Shown here one piece after another: positions 9,567 through 18,579 of a stretch of DNA of 64,000 nt. The notes beneath the pieces were generated by a model, which was not told where the DNA came from, did no database searches, and worked only from the letters and a program-made list of their open reading frames with translations. Source of the DNA: Candidatus Omnitrophota bacterium (GTDB lineage Bacteria > Omnitrophota > Gorgyraeia > Duberdicusellales > 4484-171); the NCBI GenBank assembly GCA_021735655.1, contig JAIPGM010000003.1, positions 64,001 to 128,000 of the forward strand. The letters run 5' to 3'. The stretch's first letter is position 1, and each line of letters starts with the position of its first letter. The position numbers and the translations under genes were made by a program.

Positions 9567-10436
9567 ATGAAAATAGCTTTAATTTACAATAAGGATAATA
9601 ATTCTACTACTGGTATCTATATCGAGAAGGTATTTCAGGAAAATAGAATCAACTATAGTCATTTCTGGACCAAAGATGCGGATAATATTCCAAAACAGTT
9701 TGATCTTTACTTGCGAATCGATCACGGCGATTACAAATATGATCTTCCTGAGGATCTCCGTCCGGCCGTATTTTATGTTATCGATACCCATTTAAAAAAG
9801 CCTTATAAAAAAATCCGGCGACAAGCAAGACATTACGATGTAGTGTTTTGTTCAGAAAAAACTGGTTTGTTGTCTTTGCGTCGGCAGGTGAGGAATGTTG
9901 ATTTTCAGCGGCTTCCGCTCTCTTGTGATCCCCAGATTCATAAAAAATTAAACTTACCTAAAAAATATGATATCGGCTTTGTTGGTTCCCAAGCCCGTAA
10001 GTTTCCTCGCGGACGCCTGATAGATGTTTTGAGAGAGAAGTACCCGAATAGTTATATCAAGGGGGCAAAGTTTAAACAGATGAGTGAGATCTATAGCTCT
10101 TCTAAAATTGGCTTTAACTATGCTATTGCTAACGGTGTTAATATGCGTAATTTTGAGATAATGTCTTGTGGTTGTTTTTTGTTGACGAATCGGATAAAAG
10201 ATAACGGCTTTTACGAACTATTTGAAGAAGGAAAGCACCTTGTTACCTATAGCAATGAAAAAGAACTTTTGCGATTAATTGAGTATTATTTACATAATGA
10301 TAGCGAGCGAGAGCGTATTGCTCAGGCCGGGTTTGAGCTGGTGACTGAAAGACACACTTATTATCATCGGGTTCAAACCTTGTTTAATTATCTTGCTTTT
10401 AAATGGGGCGGAAAATTTAATCAGTTGAGGATATAG
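9567..10436 (+). CDS. CgeB-like glycosyltransferase (Glyco_trans_1_2/DUF3880-type)
   Basis: The C-terminal 'FNYAIANGVNMRNFEIMSCGCFLLTN...LVTYSNEKELLRLIEYYLHNDSERERIAQAG' matches the CgeB family. Confidence 0.55.
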   Translation: MKIALIYNKDNNSTTGIYIEKVFQENRINYSHFWTKDADNIPKQFDLYLRIDHGDYKYDLPEDLRPAVFYVIDTHLKKPYKKIRRQARHYDVVFCSEKTGLLSLRRQVRNVDFQRLPLSCDPQIHKKLNLPKKYDIGFVGSQARKFPRGRLIDVLREKYPNSYIKGAKFKQMSEIYSSSKIGFNYAIANGVNMRNFEIMSCGCFLLTNRIKDNGFYELFEEGKHLVTYSNEKELLRLIEYYLHNDSERERIAQAGFELVTERHTYYHRVQTLFNYLAFKWGGKFNQLRI

Positions 10437-10492
10437 GACATATATGAGTAAATGTGTTGCCAATACATTATAAATTGGTTAATATAAGGAAT

Positions 10493-10598
10493 TTAATCCC
10501 TCGCAGAAATACCCGGGCTTTAGCCCGAGGGATGAATGCTCTTTTAGGATTTCTGCTCGGGAGGAAGCCCCCGGCCTTTTAGTCCGGGGAGTCTTCAC
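10493..10598. repeat. Structured intergenic repeat, copy 1 (~105 nt, nested inverted repeats)
   Basis: It is near-identical to 33813-33912 over 'ttaatccctcgcagaaat.cccgggctttagcccgagggatgaatg' and 'ttctgctcgggaggaagcc'. The 3' hairpin is 'cccggcc-tttta-gtccgggg' here and 'ctcggtc-ttta-gaccgagg' in copy 2, a compensatory change. Confidence 0.6.
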
Positions 10599-10618
10599 AA
10601 ATAAAAGAGAGGTAATTT

Positions 10619-11071
10619 ATGAAAGAACGCATAGAACATAAAGGTGAACTTTTAGGCCTTATTATAAGAGGAGACTATAATCCTTCTCAGACTGAGTTTT
10701 TTACACCTAATGAATTTAAGCAACAGGTTGGATATATATTTTACGATACCGGTCAGGAGGTGGCAGCTCATATTCATCATAATATGCCGCGTAGCCTTGA
10801 GGGTACTTCTGAAGTTTTAATTCTTAAAACCGGCCATGCCCGGATTGATTTTTATTCTCAAGATAAACAATATTTAGAAAGCCGGGAGATATTTCCCGGT
10901 GATATTATTATTTTAGTTTTTGGTGGGCATGGTATTCATTTTTATGAACCAAGTTTACTTCTGGAAATAAAACAAGGTCCTTATATCGGAGTTCAGGAAA
11001 AGGAAAGGTTTCCCTCGGCTTACCCAGAGCAAGAAAAGCTAAAGAAGGATGGTGAACCATTATCCCCGTAA
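10619..11071 (+). CDS. Cupin-fold protein, possibly a WxcM/FdtA-like sugar-nucleotide 3,4-ketoisomerase
   Basis: It is 150 aa with His clusters 'AAHIHHNMPRS' and 'GGHGIHFYE'. It sits immediately upstream of a DegT aminotransferase, the FdtA-FdtB arrangement. The call is tentative. Confidence 0.35.
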   Translation: MKERIEHKGELLGLIIRGDYNPSQTEFFTPNEFKQQVGYIFYDTGQEVAAHIHHNMPRSLEGTSEVLILKTGHARIDFYSQDKQYLESREIFPGDIIILVFGGHGIHFYEPSLLLEIKQGPYIGVQEKERFPSAYPEQEKLKKDGEPLSP

Positions 11072-11079
11072 ATGAACCA

Positions 11080-12222
11080 TTGCTGCCGGGCAATGAATTA
11101 AAGTACGTTTCCGAGTGTCTTAAGACTAATTGGATTTCTTCTTCTGGCAGTTTTCTTGAGCGTTTCGAATCCGAATGGGCAAAGTATTGCGGTCAAAAAT
11201 ATGGTATTGCTGTTTGTAACGGAACGGTTGCTTTAGAGTTAGCTGTAGATGCTTGCAATTTTCCTAAGGGAAGTGAAATAATTCTACCTAGTTTTACTAT
11301 TATTTCTTGCGTCCAGGCGGTTACTAAAGCTGGTTGTAAGCCAGTGCTTGTTGATTGTGATTCGGAAACTTACTGTATGCAAGTAAGCCGGATAGAAGCA
11401 AAAATTACTGACCGGACCGTGGCAATTATGCCGGTACATATGTACGGACATCCAGTTGAAATGAAGCCAATAATGGACATTGCTCAGAAACACGGTCTTG
11501 TTGTTATTGAAGATGTGGCTCAGACCCAGGGAGGTGAATATCGAGGAAAAAAATGCGGTAGTTTTGGTAAGCTTTCCTGTTTTTCATTCTATGCAAATAA
11601 AAATATAACTACTGGCGAAGGAGGTATGGTTTTAACCTCTGATACTGTAATTGCTCAACGTTTGCGTAAGCTCAAAAATCTTTGTTTTTTAAAATCACCA
11701 AGATTTTTGCATTACCGGCTAGGCTATAACTATCGAATGACTAATATCCAAGCTGCTTTAGGCTTAGCCCAATTAGAGAATATCGATAGGTTCATTGAAC
11801 GTAAAATTGACATGGCCAAAAAGTATTCGCAGGCCTTAGTAAATTTACCGCTTCAATTACCTATGGAGCATAAATGGGCCAAGAATGTTATTTGGATGTA
11901 TAATGTGCTCCTTAAGGAAGATAAACAAAGCCAGGAGTTTTTTGAAAAAGACTGGAAAAATATAAGTCCAGAAGAGTATTTTAGATGGCCGGCATACAAG
12001 CTAATGAAAGTTTTAGAGCAGGCTGGAGTACAAACTCGTCCCTTTTTTATTGGAATGCATGAGCAGCCTGTGTTTCATGAGCAGGGGCTGTTTAAGGGTG
12101 AGAGATACCCGGTTACTGAAAAAATTGCTCGTTCTGGTTTTTATCTTCCTAGTGGCCAAGCGATAACTGATTTTCAGATAGATGAAGTTTCGCGAGCTTT
12201 AAAGGAGATATTTAATGAATAA
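11080..12222 (+). CDS. DegT/DnrJ/EryC1/StrS family sugar aminotransferase (ArnB/FdtB-like)
   Basis: It carries 'ELKYVSECLKTNWISSSGSF...CNGTVALELA' and the 'GYNYRMTNIQAALGLAQL' motif. Confidence 0.85.
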   Translation: MLPGNELKYVSECLKTNWISSSGSFLERFESEWAKYCGQKYGIAVCNGTVALELAVDACNFPKGSEIILPSFTIISCVQAVTKAGCKPVLVDCDSETYCMQVSRIEAKITDRTVAIMPVHMYGHPVEMKPIMDIAQKHGLVVIEDVAQTQGGEYRGKKCGSFGKLSCFSFYANKNITTGEGGMVLTSDTVIAQRLRKLKNLCFLKSPRFLHYRLGYNYRMTNIQAALGLAQLENIDRFIERKIDMAKKYSQALVNLPLQLPMEHKWAKNVIWMYNVLLKEDKQSQEFFEKDWKNISPEEYFRWPAYKLMKVLEQAGVQTRPFFIGMHEQPVFHEQGLFKGERYPVTEKIARSGFYLPSGQAITDFQIDEVSRALKEIFNE

Positions 12223-12967
12223 ACATTTATCACTTTCAGTAATTTTGCCTACTTACGATGAGGCTGAAAATATAAGACCTTTGATAGAAAGCATAGCTGA
12301 GGCCACTGAGCATCTTCAGGAAATAATAGTTGTTGATGATGATTCTCCTGATGGGACGGCTGATGTTGTTGAAGATATGATCGAAAGCGGAAAATACCCT
12401 TTTCTAAAACTGGAAAGAAGGCTTAAAAACCCTAGCTTAAGAAATAGTATTTGGAGAGGCATAGAGCTAGCTAGCGGAGATACTGTTGGCTGGATGGATT
12501 GCGATTTTTCCATGCCACCTAGATACTTTCCGGTACTTCTATCTTTAGTAAATGCAGATTATGATATAGCTTTAGGTTCTCGTTTTGTTTTAGGGGGTAC
12601 TTGGAGAGAAGAAACTTTGGAGGATTCAGATACGATTTTAGCGGCTTCAGGTAGCAGGCTGATGAATTTTTTTATTCAGATTTTTCTTGACCACAGAGTT
12701 AGGGATTATACCAGTGGTTTTGTAGTTGCCCGGCGCGATATTTTTAAACGGATTAAATTAAGGGGTGATTATGGTGAGTATTTCATTGATTTTATATATC
12801 GGGCCTTAAAGTTAAGGTATCGGGTGGTTGAAATTCCCTATGTTTGGGCTTCCAGAAGAAGGGGATATTCTAAAACAGGTAATAACCTTAAGGATTATTT
12901 TAAGCGAGGAAGAAAGTATATAGCTACAGTCTTGCGTTTGTTGCTTACGCGAAATTATGAATATTAA
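12215..12967 (+). CDS. Family 2 glycosyltransferase, polyprenyl-phosphate sugar synthase type (ArnC/DPM1-like)
   Basis: The N-terminus reads 'LSVILPTYDEAENIRPLIESI...IIVVDDDSPDGTADVV'. Confidence 0.8.
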   Translation: MNKHLSLSVILPTYDEAENIRPLIESIAEATEHLQEIIVVDDDSPDGTADVVEDMIESGKYPFLKLERRLKNPSLRNSIWRGIELASGDTVGWMDCDFSMPPRYFPVLLSLVNADYDIALGSRFVLGGTWREETLEDSDTILAASGSRLMNFFIQIFLDHRVRDYTSGFVVARRDIFKRIKLRGDYGEYFIDFIYRALKLRYRVVEIPYVWASRRRGYSKTGNNLKDYFKRGRKYIATVLRLLLTRNYEY

Positions 12968-14396
12968 AAAAAATATGAAACCTAAAGTTTTATTAATTAG
13001 TCCTCCTTTTGAGCATGAAGAAGAGTCAGTAGGCAAAACTAAAAGCATTATAAAGGTGTTAAATATTGTGCCGCCTTTAGGGATTGCTTATATTGCTGCG
13101 GTTTTAGAAAGAATCGGGATAGAAGTAAAAATAGTCGATTGTGCTACCGGAATTTCTTTCGACAGTCTTTTTAATAGCATAAAAATAGAATCTCCGGATG
13201 TAGTTGGTCTCACAGTTACTACTCCGGCATTTCTCAAAGCCAAAAAGGTAGCAGCTTTTGTCCGAAAAAATCTTCCTCAAGCAAAGATTTTGATCGGAGG
13301 CGCTCAGGTAACAGCTTTACCTAAAGAGACCCTAGAGACCGGTCTTTTTGATATTGGAATAATCGGTGAGGGAGAGTTAATTATTGAGCAGTTATTTAAA
13401 AATTATAAAAATGAAGGATTTGAGAATTTAAAAGAAGTTCCTGGTATTATTTATAGAGATGATCAAGGCATTCATCAAAATGAAAAACAGGCTTTTGTTG
13501 AGGATTTAGATTCTTTACCACTCCCGGCAAGGCATCTTTTGCCACATCCTAAATTTTATCGTCCTACTCCAGCTTCTTGTCGTAAAGTCCCTTATGTTGT
13601 GATTATGACTTCTCGTGGTTGTCCTTCAAAATGTACTTTTTGTGATCGAAAAATATTCGGTGAACGCTGCCGGATGAGAAGTGTAGCTAATATTTTTGAA
13701 GAGATAGAAGAGGTAGTATCAAAATATGGAGTAAAAGAGATAAGGTTTTTTGATGATACTTTTACTTTGGATAAAAAAAGAGTTTATAAAATTTGCGATG
13801 AATTTGAAAAGCGAAAACTTAAGCTTGCTTGGACCTGTCTTACCAAAGCAGCCTGCGTGGATGGTCCGCTACTAAAGCGAATGAGGCAGGTTGGTTGTTG
13901 GCAAGTTTTATATGGTTTTGAATCTGGTGATGACCGAGTCCTCAAACTGCTTAAAAAAGGCAATACTGTAGAGTTGAACAAAAGAGCAGTTCGTTTGACT
14001 AAAGAAGCTGGCCTTGAAGTGAGAGGGGATTTTATCGTTGGAACCCCTGGTGAAACTTGGGAGAGTTTAGAGAGAACCGTGCGTTTTGCTATAGATATGG
14101 ATTTAGATTACGCCCATTTTAATAAATTCATACCTTTTCCGGGAACAGAATTGTACCAGAATCTTAGGCAGCAGGGATATTCTTTTGATTTTTCTAAGAG
14201 TACTATATTAGACCACACTCAAATTCATTATGTTAATGAAGGTATGACTGCGGAGGGGTTTTCTCGATTTTTAGATAAAGCTAATAAAAGGTTTTACTTA
14301 AGATGGAAATATATATTAAAAAGACTATTTTCTATCCGAACTTTTCACCAGTTAAAAGGCCAAATAAACGGATTTTTTGCTATTTTTGAGATTTAA
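12957..14396 (+). CDS. B12-binding domain-containing radical SAM protein
   Basis: An N-terminal cobalamin-binding Rossmann region is followed by 'IMTSRGCPSKCTFCDRKIF', the CxxxCxxC motif. The downstream radical SAM core contains 'VLYGFESGDDRVLKLL'. Confidence 0.85.
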   Translation: MNIKKNMKPKVLLISPPFEHEEESVGKTKSIIKVLNIVPPLGIAYIAAVLERIGIEVKIVDCATGISFDSLFNSIKIESPDVVGLTVTTPAFLKAKKVAAFVRKNLPQAKILIGGAQVTALPKETLETGLFDIGIIGEGELIIEQLFKNYKNEGFENLKEVPGIIYRDDQGIHQNEKQAFVEDLDSLPLPARHLLPHPKFYRPTPASCRKVPYVVIMTSRGCPSKCTFCDRKIFGERCRMRSVANIFEEIEEVVSKYGVKEIRFFDDTFTLDKKRVYKICDEFEKRKLKLAWTCLTKAACVDGPLLKRMRQVGCWQVLYGFESGDDRVLKLLKKGNTVELNKRAVRLTKEAGLEVRGDFIVGTPGETWESLERTVRFAIDMDLDYAHFNKFIPFPGTELYQNLRQQGYSFDFSKSTILDHTQIHYVNEGMTAEGFSRFLDKANKRFYLRWKYILKRLFSIRTFHQLKGQINGFFAIFEI

Positions 14397-14397
14397 A

Positions 14398-15897
14398 ATG
14401 AAAAAAGACGTTGTTTTAATTTTACTTTGTTTTTTTGCAGTGGTAATCCTATTTACTAATTTAGGAGGCACCTATCTTTGGCAAGATGAAGCCACAACCG
14501 CAGTTTTAGGTAGGAACACGTTAAACTTTGGAATCCCTAAGGCTTTTGATGGAAAAAATCTTATTCTCAACATCTATGAAGATCCTTGTGTCGATAAGGG
14601 TTGGAAGTATGCTCCCTGGCTTCAATTTTATCTTGTGGCTGGATCATTTTGGTTATTAGGAGAAACCACCTTTGCTGCTCGCTTGCCTTTTGCTATATTT
14701 GGCGTTGGTGCTTTACTGTTGTGCTTTTTATTGGCCGAGCGGCTGTTTAAAAATAGATTAGTTTCAAGAATTGCTTGCGCCTTCATGGCTTTTTCCAGTA
14801 TTTTTTTCCTCTATATGCGTCAAGCCAGGTGGTATCCACTTACCACTTTTTTCACCCTTTGGCTGCTAGTTTCGTACTTAGATTTAGTCAAAAGTAAGAA
14901 GAAAGCTATTTTAGGTTTTGTGCTTAGCGCTGTATTACTTTTTCACTCTAATTACGGAATTTTCTTTTCCGTATTCTTAGGTCTAGCTTCTCATTTCTTT
15001 ATTTTTAACAGAAGTAACATTAAGGCGATTGGGATAAAAAAGATAGTATTTTGTCTTTTTATGATTACCATATTAACTTTACCTTCTTTATTGTATCTTG
15101 GTAGTGTGGAGTATAGCGGAAAGATAACCTTCGAGCGGACAGAGGACCATTTAGAATTCTATTTTCGTTCACTTAATAAGTATATTTTTCCTGTAGGATT
15201 TTTATTCTTCAGTTTAACTTTTTTTAGCTTCTTTAGGAAAAAAGTTTTTCCAATATTGGGCAAACCGTTAGATAAGCAAAACCTTTGGCTTTTGATTTGT
15301 GTATTTATTTCTACTATTTGTTTTCTTCTTTTGGCCGATGAGAGGCAATTAAGATATCTCGTGCATTTATTGCCAATTTTTTCTATTATCCTAGGAGTTT
15401 TAATTGTCGGATGGTTAAAGATAAATAAAATAGCTGCGGTTTTACTTTTTGTTATTATTTGTTTTACAAATATATTTAATCGGGGAAGTTTCTCTCATAA
15501 TAAACTATCGATTCATCCGGTTAATATAGTTTATGAATTAACCCATGATTATGACGGTCCGGTAGAAGGAATAGTAAAGTTTTTAAATCGCCAGGCAAAG
15601 CCAACAGATACGGTTAAGCTAATTTATGGTGATTATGCTACGATTTTTTATACTGATCTTCGTGTCGACAATAGTTGCTTTAAGTGTAAAACCTTTCCAG
15701 AATGGATTGTTATCAGAGATGGTTGGTTTCCTTTGAAGAATTTAGACAAAGATTATCTTAGAGAGATAAATGAGAGATATCAAAAAATAATACTGGATTA
15801 TCCTGACATAATGTGGGAGAATCGGCCCGACCCTGGTTATCATAAATTCAAAACAGTATCAGATTGGCCGCCGGTTGTAATATATAAGAAAAAATGA
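14398..15897 (+). CDS. GT-C family glycosyltransferase (ArnT / dolichyl-phosphate-mannose protein mannosyltransferase-like, GT39/GT83)
   Basis: The start is placed at the ATG giving 'MKKDVVLILLCFF'. It is a polytopic membrane protein with the N-terminal 'LWQDEATTAVLGRNTLNFGIPKAFDG' typical of ArnT/PMT_2. Confidence 0.65.
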   Translation: MKKDVVLILLCFFAVVILFTNLGGTYLWQDEATTAVLGRNTLNFGIPKAFDGKNLILNIYEDPCVDKGWKYAPWLQFYLVAGSFWLLGETTFAARLPFAIFGVGALLLCFLLAERLFKNRLVSRIACAFMAFSSIFFLYMRQARWYPLTTFFTLWLLVSYLDLVKSKKKAILGFVLSAVLLFHSNYGIFFSVFLGLASHFFIFNRSNIKAIGIKKIVFCLFMITILTLPSLLYLGSVEYSGKITFERTEDHLEFYFRSLNKYIFPVGFLFFSLTFFSFFRKKVFPILGKPLDKQNLWLLICVFISTICFLLLADERQLRYLVHLLPIFSIILGVLIVGWLKINKIAAVLLFVIICFTNIFNRGSFSHNKLSIHPVNIVYELTHDYDGPVEGIVKFLNRQAKPTDTVKLIYGDYATIFYTDLRVDNSCFKCKTFPEWIVIRDGWFPLKNLDKDYLREINERYQKIILDYPDIMWENRPDPGYHKFKTVSDWPPVVIYKKK

Positions 15898-16916
15898 GCT
15901 GCGACATTATTATTCCGGTTTGGAATCTGATTGATTTTACAAGAGATTGTATAGAGAGCGTATTGAGCCAGACAGAATACCCTTTTCATTTGATTGTTAT
16001 TGATAACGGCAGCGATAGTGAAACTAAAGAATATTTATTCAAGTTGGCTCAACAAAGAAAGAACGAAATTACCCTGATTAGAAATGAAAATAATCTAGGA
16101 TTTATTAAAGCAACTAATCAGGGAATAAGAGCCTCTAAGGCCCCTTATTTATGTCTTTTAAATAACGATACAATAGTCACTAAGGGTTGGCTTAGAGAAA
16201 TGGTTAAATTGGCAACTAGCAGAGAAGATATAGGCATAGTCAATCCTAGTAGTAATACTTTAGGTTGTAATCCAAAGCGCGGAGATTCTTTGGAGTCGTT
16301 TGCCGAGGAGCGGAAATCTTACTCGGGAGAATATTCTGAACTAGCCTGGGCAACTGGATTTTGTATGTTGATTAAACGTAAAATTATTGAAGAGGTAGGG
16401 TTGCTTGATGAAGTATATGGAATGGGTAATTTCGAAGACGCTGATTTTTGCAAAAGAGCTCAAAAACAAGGTTATCTATCTGTTTGCGCCAAGGCTGCCT
16501 ATGTTCATCATCAAGAAAGACGTTCATTTATAAGATTTAAGAAATTCAACCAGAACTTTGAGGACAATAAACAGACCTTCTATGCTAAATGGGGAAGCTT
16601 AAAGCGCATACTTTATGTTTTGAATAAAGAAGACCATCTTTATATAGAAAGAATAGGAGCCGAAGCTTTAAAATTGGCCCGTGAGGGAAATATTGTTTGG
16701 ATTTTTTCAAAAGGCAGAGATAAGTTAGAGATTAGAAAGCACTCTAATATTTATGTCTATAATCGCCCAAAGCCTTTTTTTAATTTAACTAATTTTTTGA
16801 TTATTTTGAAACGTAAGAAGAAATTTGATAAGATATACGTAAATAGCAAGAGTTATGCTAAAAGGTTAAACAGTTTTAAATATATTCATAAAGCAGAGGT
16901 GATCTGCGCAGAATAA
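15894..16916 (+). CDS. Family 2 glycosyltransferase
   Basis: The N-terminus reads 'DIIIPVWNLIDFTRDCIESVLSQTEYPFHLIVIDNGSDSET'. A 'DAD' motif follows further downstream. Confidence 0.75.
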   Translation: MSCDIIIPVWNLIDFTRDCIESVLSQTEYPFHLIVIDNGSDSETKEYLFKLAQQRKNEITLIRNENNLGFIKATNQGIRASKAPYLCLLNNDTIVTKGWLREMVKLATSREDIGIVNPSSNTLGCNPKRGDSLESFAEERKSYSGEYSELAWATGFCMLIKRKIIEEVGLLDEVYGMGNFEDADFCKRAQKQGYLSVCAKAAYVHHQERRSFIRFKKFNQNFEDNKQTFYAKWGSLKRILYVLNKEDHLYIERIGAEALKLAREGNIVWIFSKGRDKLEIRKHSNIYVYNRPKPFFNLTNFLIILKRKKKFDKIYVNSKSYAKRLNSFKYIHKAEVICAE

Positions 16917-16966
16917 GGCCTTATATTTTAAAAGAGCATACAAAGAAGCCTTTAAGGGAGAAAAAA

Positions 16967-17974
16967 ATGAAGAGAATTGGAATTATCGGTTGTGGACATT
17001 GGGGCCCGAATTATCTGCGTAATTTTAGTCAGTTAGAAGATTCATCAGTATTAGTTTGTTGTGACTTATCAAAAGATAATTTAGATAAGGTTAAGAAACA
17101 CTACAGATCGATAGAGGTTGTTGAAGATTACAAGGATGTGCTTAGGGACAAGCGTATTGATGCGGTTGTCATTGCTACTCCTGCTCGAACTCATTATAAA
17201 ATCGCTAAAGATGCACTTTCAGCCGGTAAGCATATTTTATTAGAAAAGCCAATGGCTTTAAACTATGCAGATTGTAAAAAGTTGGTCAATTTGGCAAAAG
17301 AAAAGAAAAGAATCCTTATGGTTGGTCACACTTTTTTGTTTAATCCGGCTGTAAGAAAGTTGAAGGATTATATAAAAAAAGGTGCTGTGGGAAAGATTTA
17401 TTATTTGCATGCAACCAGGACACATTTAGGTTTAGTCCGTAACGATGTAAATGTGAGTTGGGATTTAGTACCACATGATATATCTATATTTTCTTATTTA
17501 TTAGGAGAAATGCCGATTAGTGTTTCAGCTTTGGGCGGATCCTTTTTGAGAAGTCCGAAACAAGATGTAGTGTTTATTAATTTAATTTACCCGAAGGGTA
17601 TAATTGCTAATATTCATGCTAGCTGGGCCGATTCCAATAAGGTTAGAGAAATTCAGGTAATCGGCAGTCGGGCCAGAGTGGTTTTTGATGATTTAAATAG
17701 TATGGAAAAGATAAAACTGTACAAGAAAGGAATATCTGTAGATAAGTCATATGCCAATTTTGGTGAATTCCAATTACTTTTAAGAGACGGCGATATTCTT
17801 AGTCCCAAAATTGGTCCCGAGGAACCGCTACGACTTCAATGCCAACATTTTTTAAACTGTCTTAAAAACGGAAAGAAGCCATTTGTTGATGGAGAAGACG
17901 GTGCGAGTGTTGTTAAGATAATGAATGCAATAAATAAATCTTTAGTATTGGGAGCTAGGGTGGTTAAAGTATGA
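16967..17974 (+). CDS. Gfo/Idh/MocA family NAD-dependent sugar oxidoreductase (WbpB/GnnA-like)
   Basis: It carries 'KRIGIIGCGHWGPNYL' and the consensus 'EKP' motif. Confidence 0.8.
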   Translation: MKRIGIIGCGHWGPNYLRNFSQLEDSSVLVCCDLSKDNLDKVKKHYRSIEVVEDYKDVLRDKRIDAVVIATPARTHYKIAKDALSAGKHILLEKPMALNYADCKKLVNLAKEKKRILMVGHTFLFNPAVRKLKDYIKKGAVGKIYYLHATRTHLGLVRNDVNVSWDLVPHDISIFSYLLGEMPISVSALGGSFLRSPKQDVVFINLIYPKGIIANIHASWADSNKVREIQVIGSRARVVFDDLNSMEKIKLYKKGISVDKSYANFGEFQLLLRDGDILSPKIGPEEPLRLQCQHFLNCLKNGKKPFVDGEDGASVVKIMNAINKSLVLGARVVKV

Positions 17975-18579
17975 AAACGAAGAATTTCTTAATTGGAAAA
18001 AATTCTAAAATTGATAAATCGGTAATCTTAGGTGAGAAAACAGGCAGGAAAATTAAGATTTCAAAGACGATTATCGGAAAAGATGCAAGGGTAAGGTCAA
18101 ATACGGTTATTTATTCAAATACTAAGATTGGCGATGGATTGGAGACAGGGCACAATGTTGTGATTCGCGAACAAAACAAAATCGGCAATAATTTAAGTAT
18201 TTGGAATAACTCTACCATTGATTATGGATGTGAAATTGGCAATAATGTTAAGATCCACGCCAATACTTATGTAGCTCAGTTTACTGTCATTGAAGATGAT
18301 GTTTTTCTAGCTCCCGGGGTAATGATTGCAAATGATCCTCATCCTATCTGTACAAAATGCATGAAAGGCCCATTAATAAAAAAAGGGGCACGGATCGGGG
18401 TGAATGTTACGCTTTTACCTAATATTGTAATTGGGGAAAATTCTTTAGTTGGAGCCGGCAGCGTTGTCACTAAGGATGTTGCGGCTAACGTGGTAGTTTT
18501 TGGCTCACCGGCAAAAGTAGGCGGAAGAATTAAAGATTTAAAGTGCAAAGCAAGAATAAAGGATAGAGCCTATGAGTAA
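17971..18579 (+). CDS. Hexapeptide-repeat (left-handed beta-helix) N-acetyltransferase (WbpD/PglD-like)
   Basis: Tandem '[LIV]G.N..I' hexapeptide repeats run through most of the 202-aa protein. Confidence 0.7.
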   Translation: MKTKNFLIGKNSKIDKSVILGEKTGRKIKISKTIIGKDARVRSNTVIYSNTKIGDGLETGHNVVIREQNKIGNNLSIWNNSTIDYGCEIGNNVKIHANTYVAQFTVIEDDVFLAPGVMIANDPHPICTKCMKGPLIKKGARIGVNVTLLPNIVIGENSLVGAGSVVTKDVAANVVVFGSPAKVGGRIKDLKCKARIKDRAYE

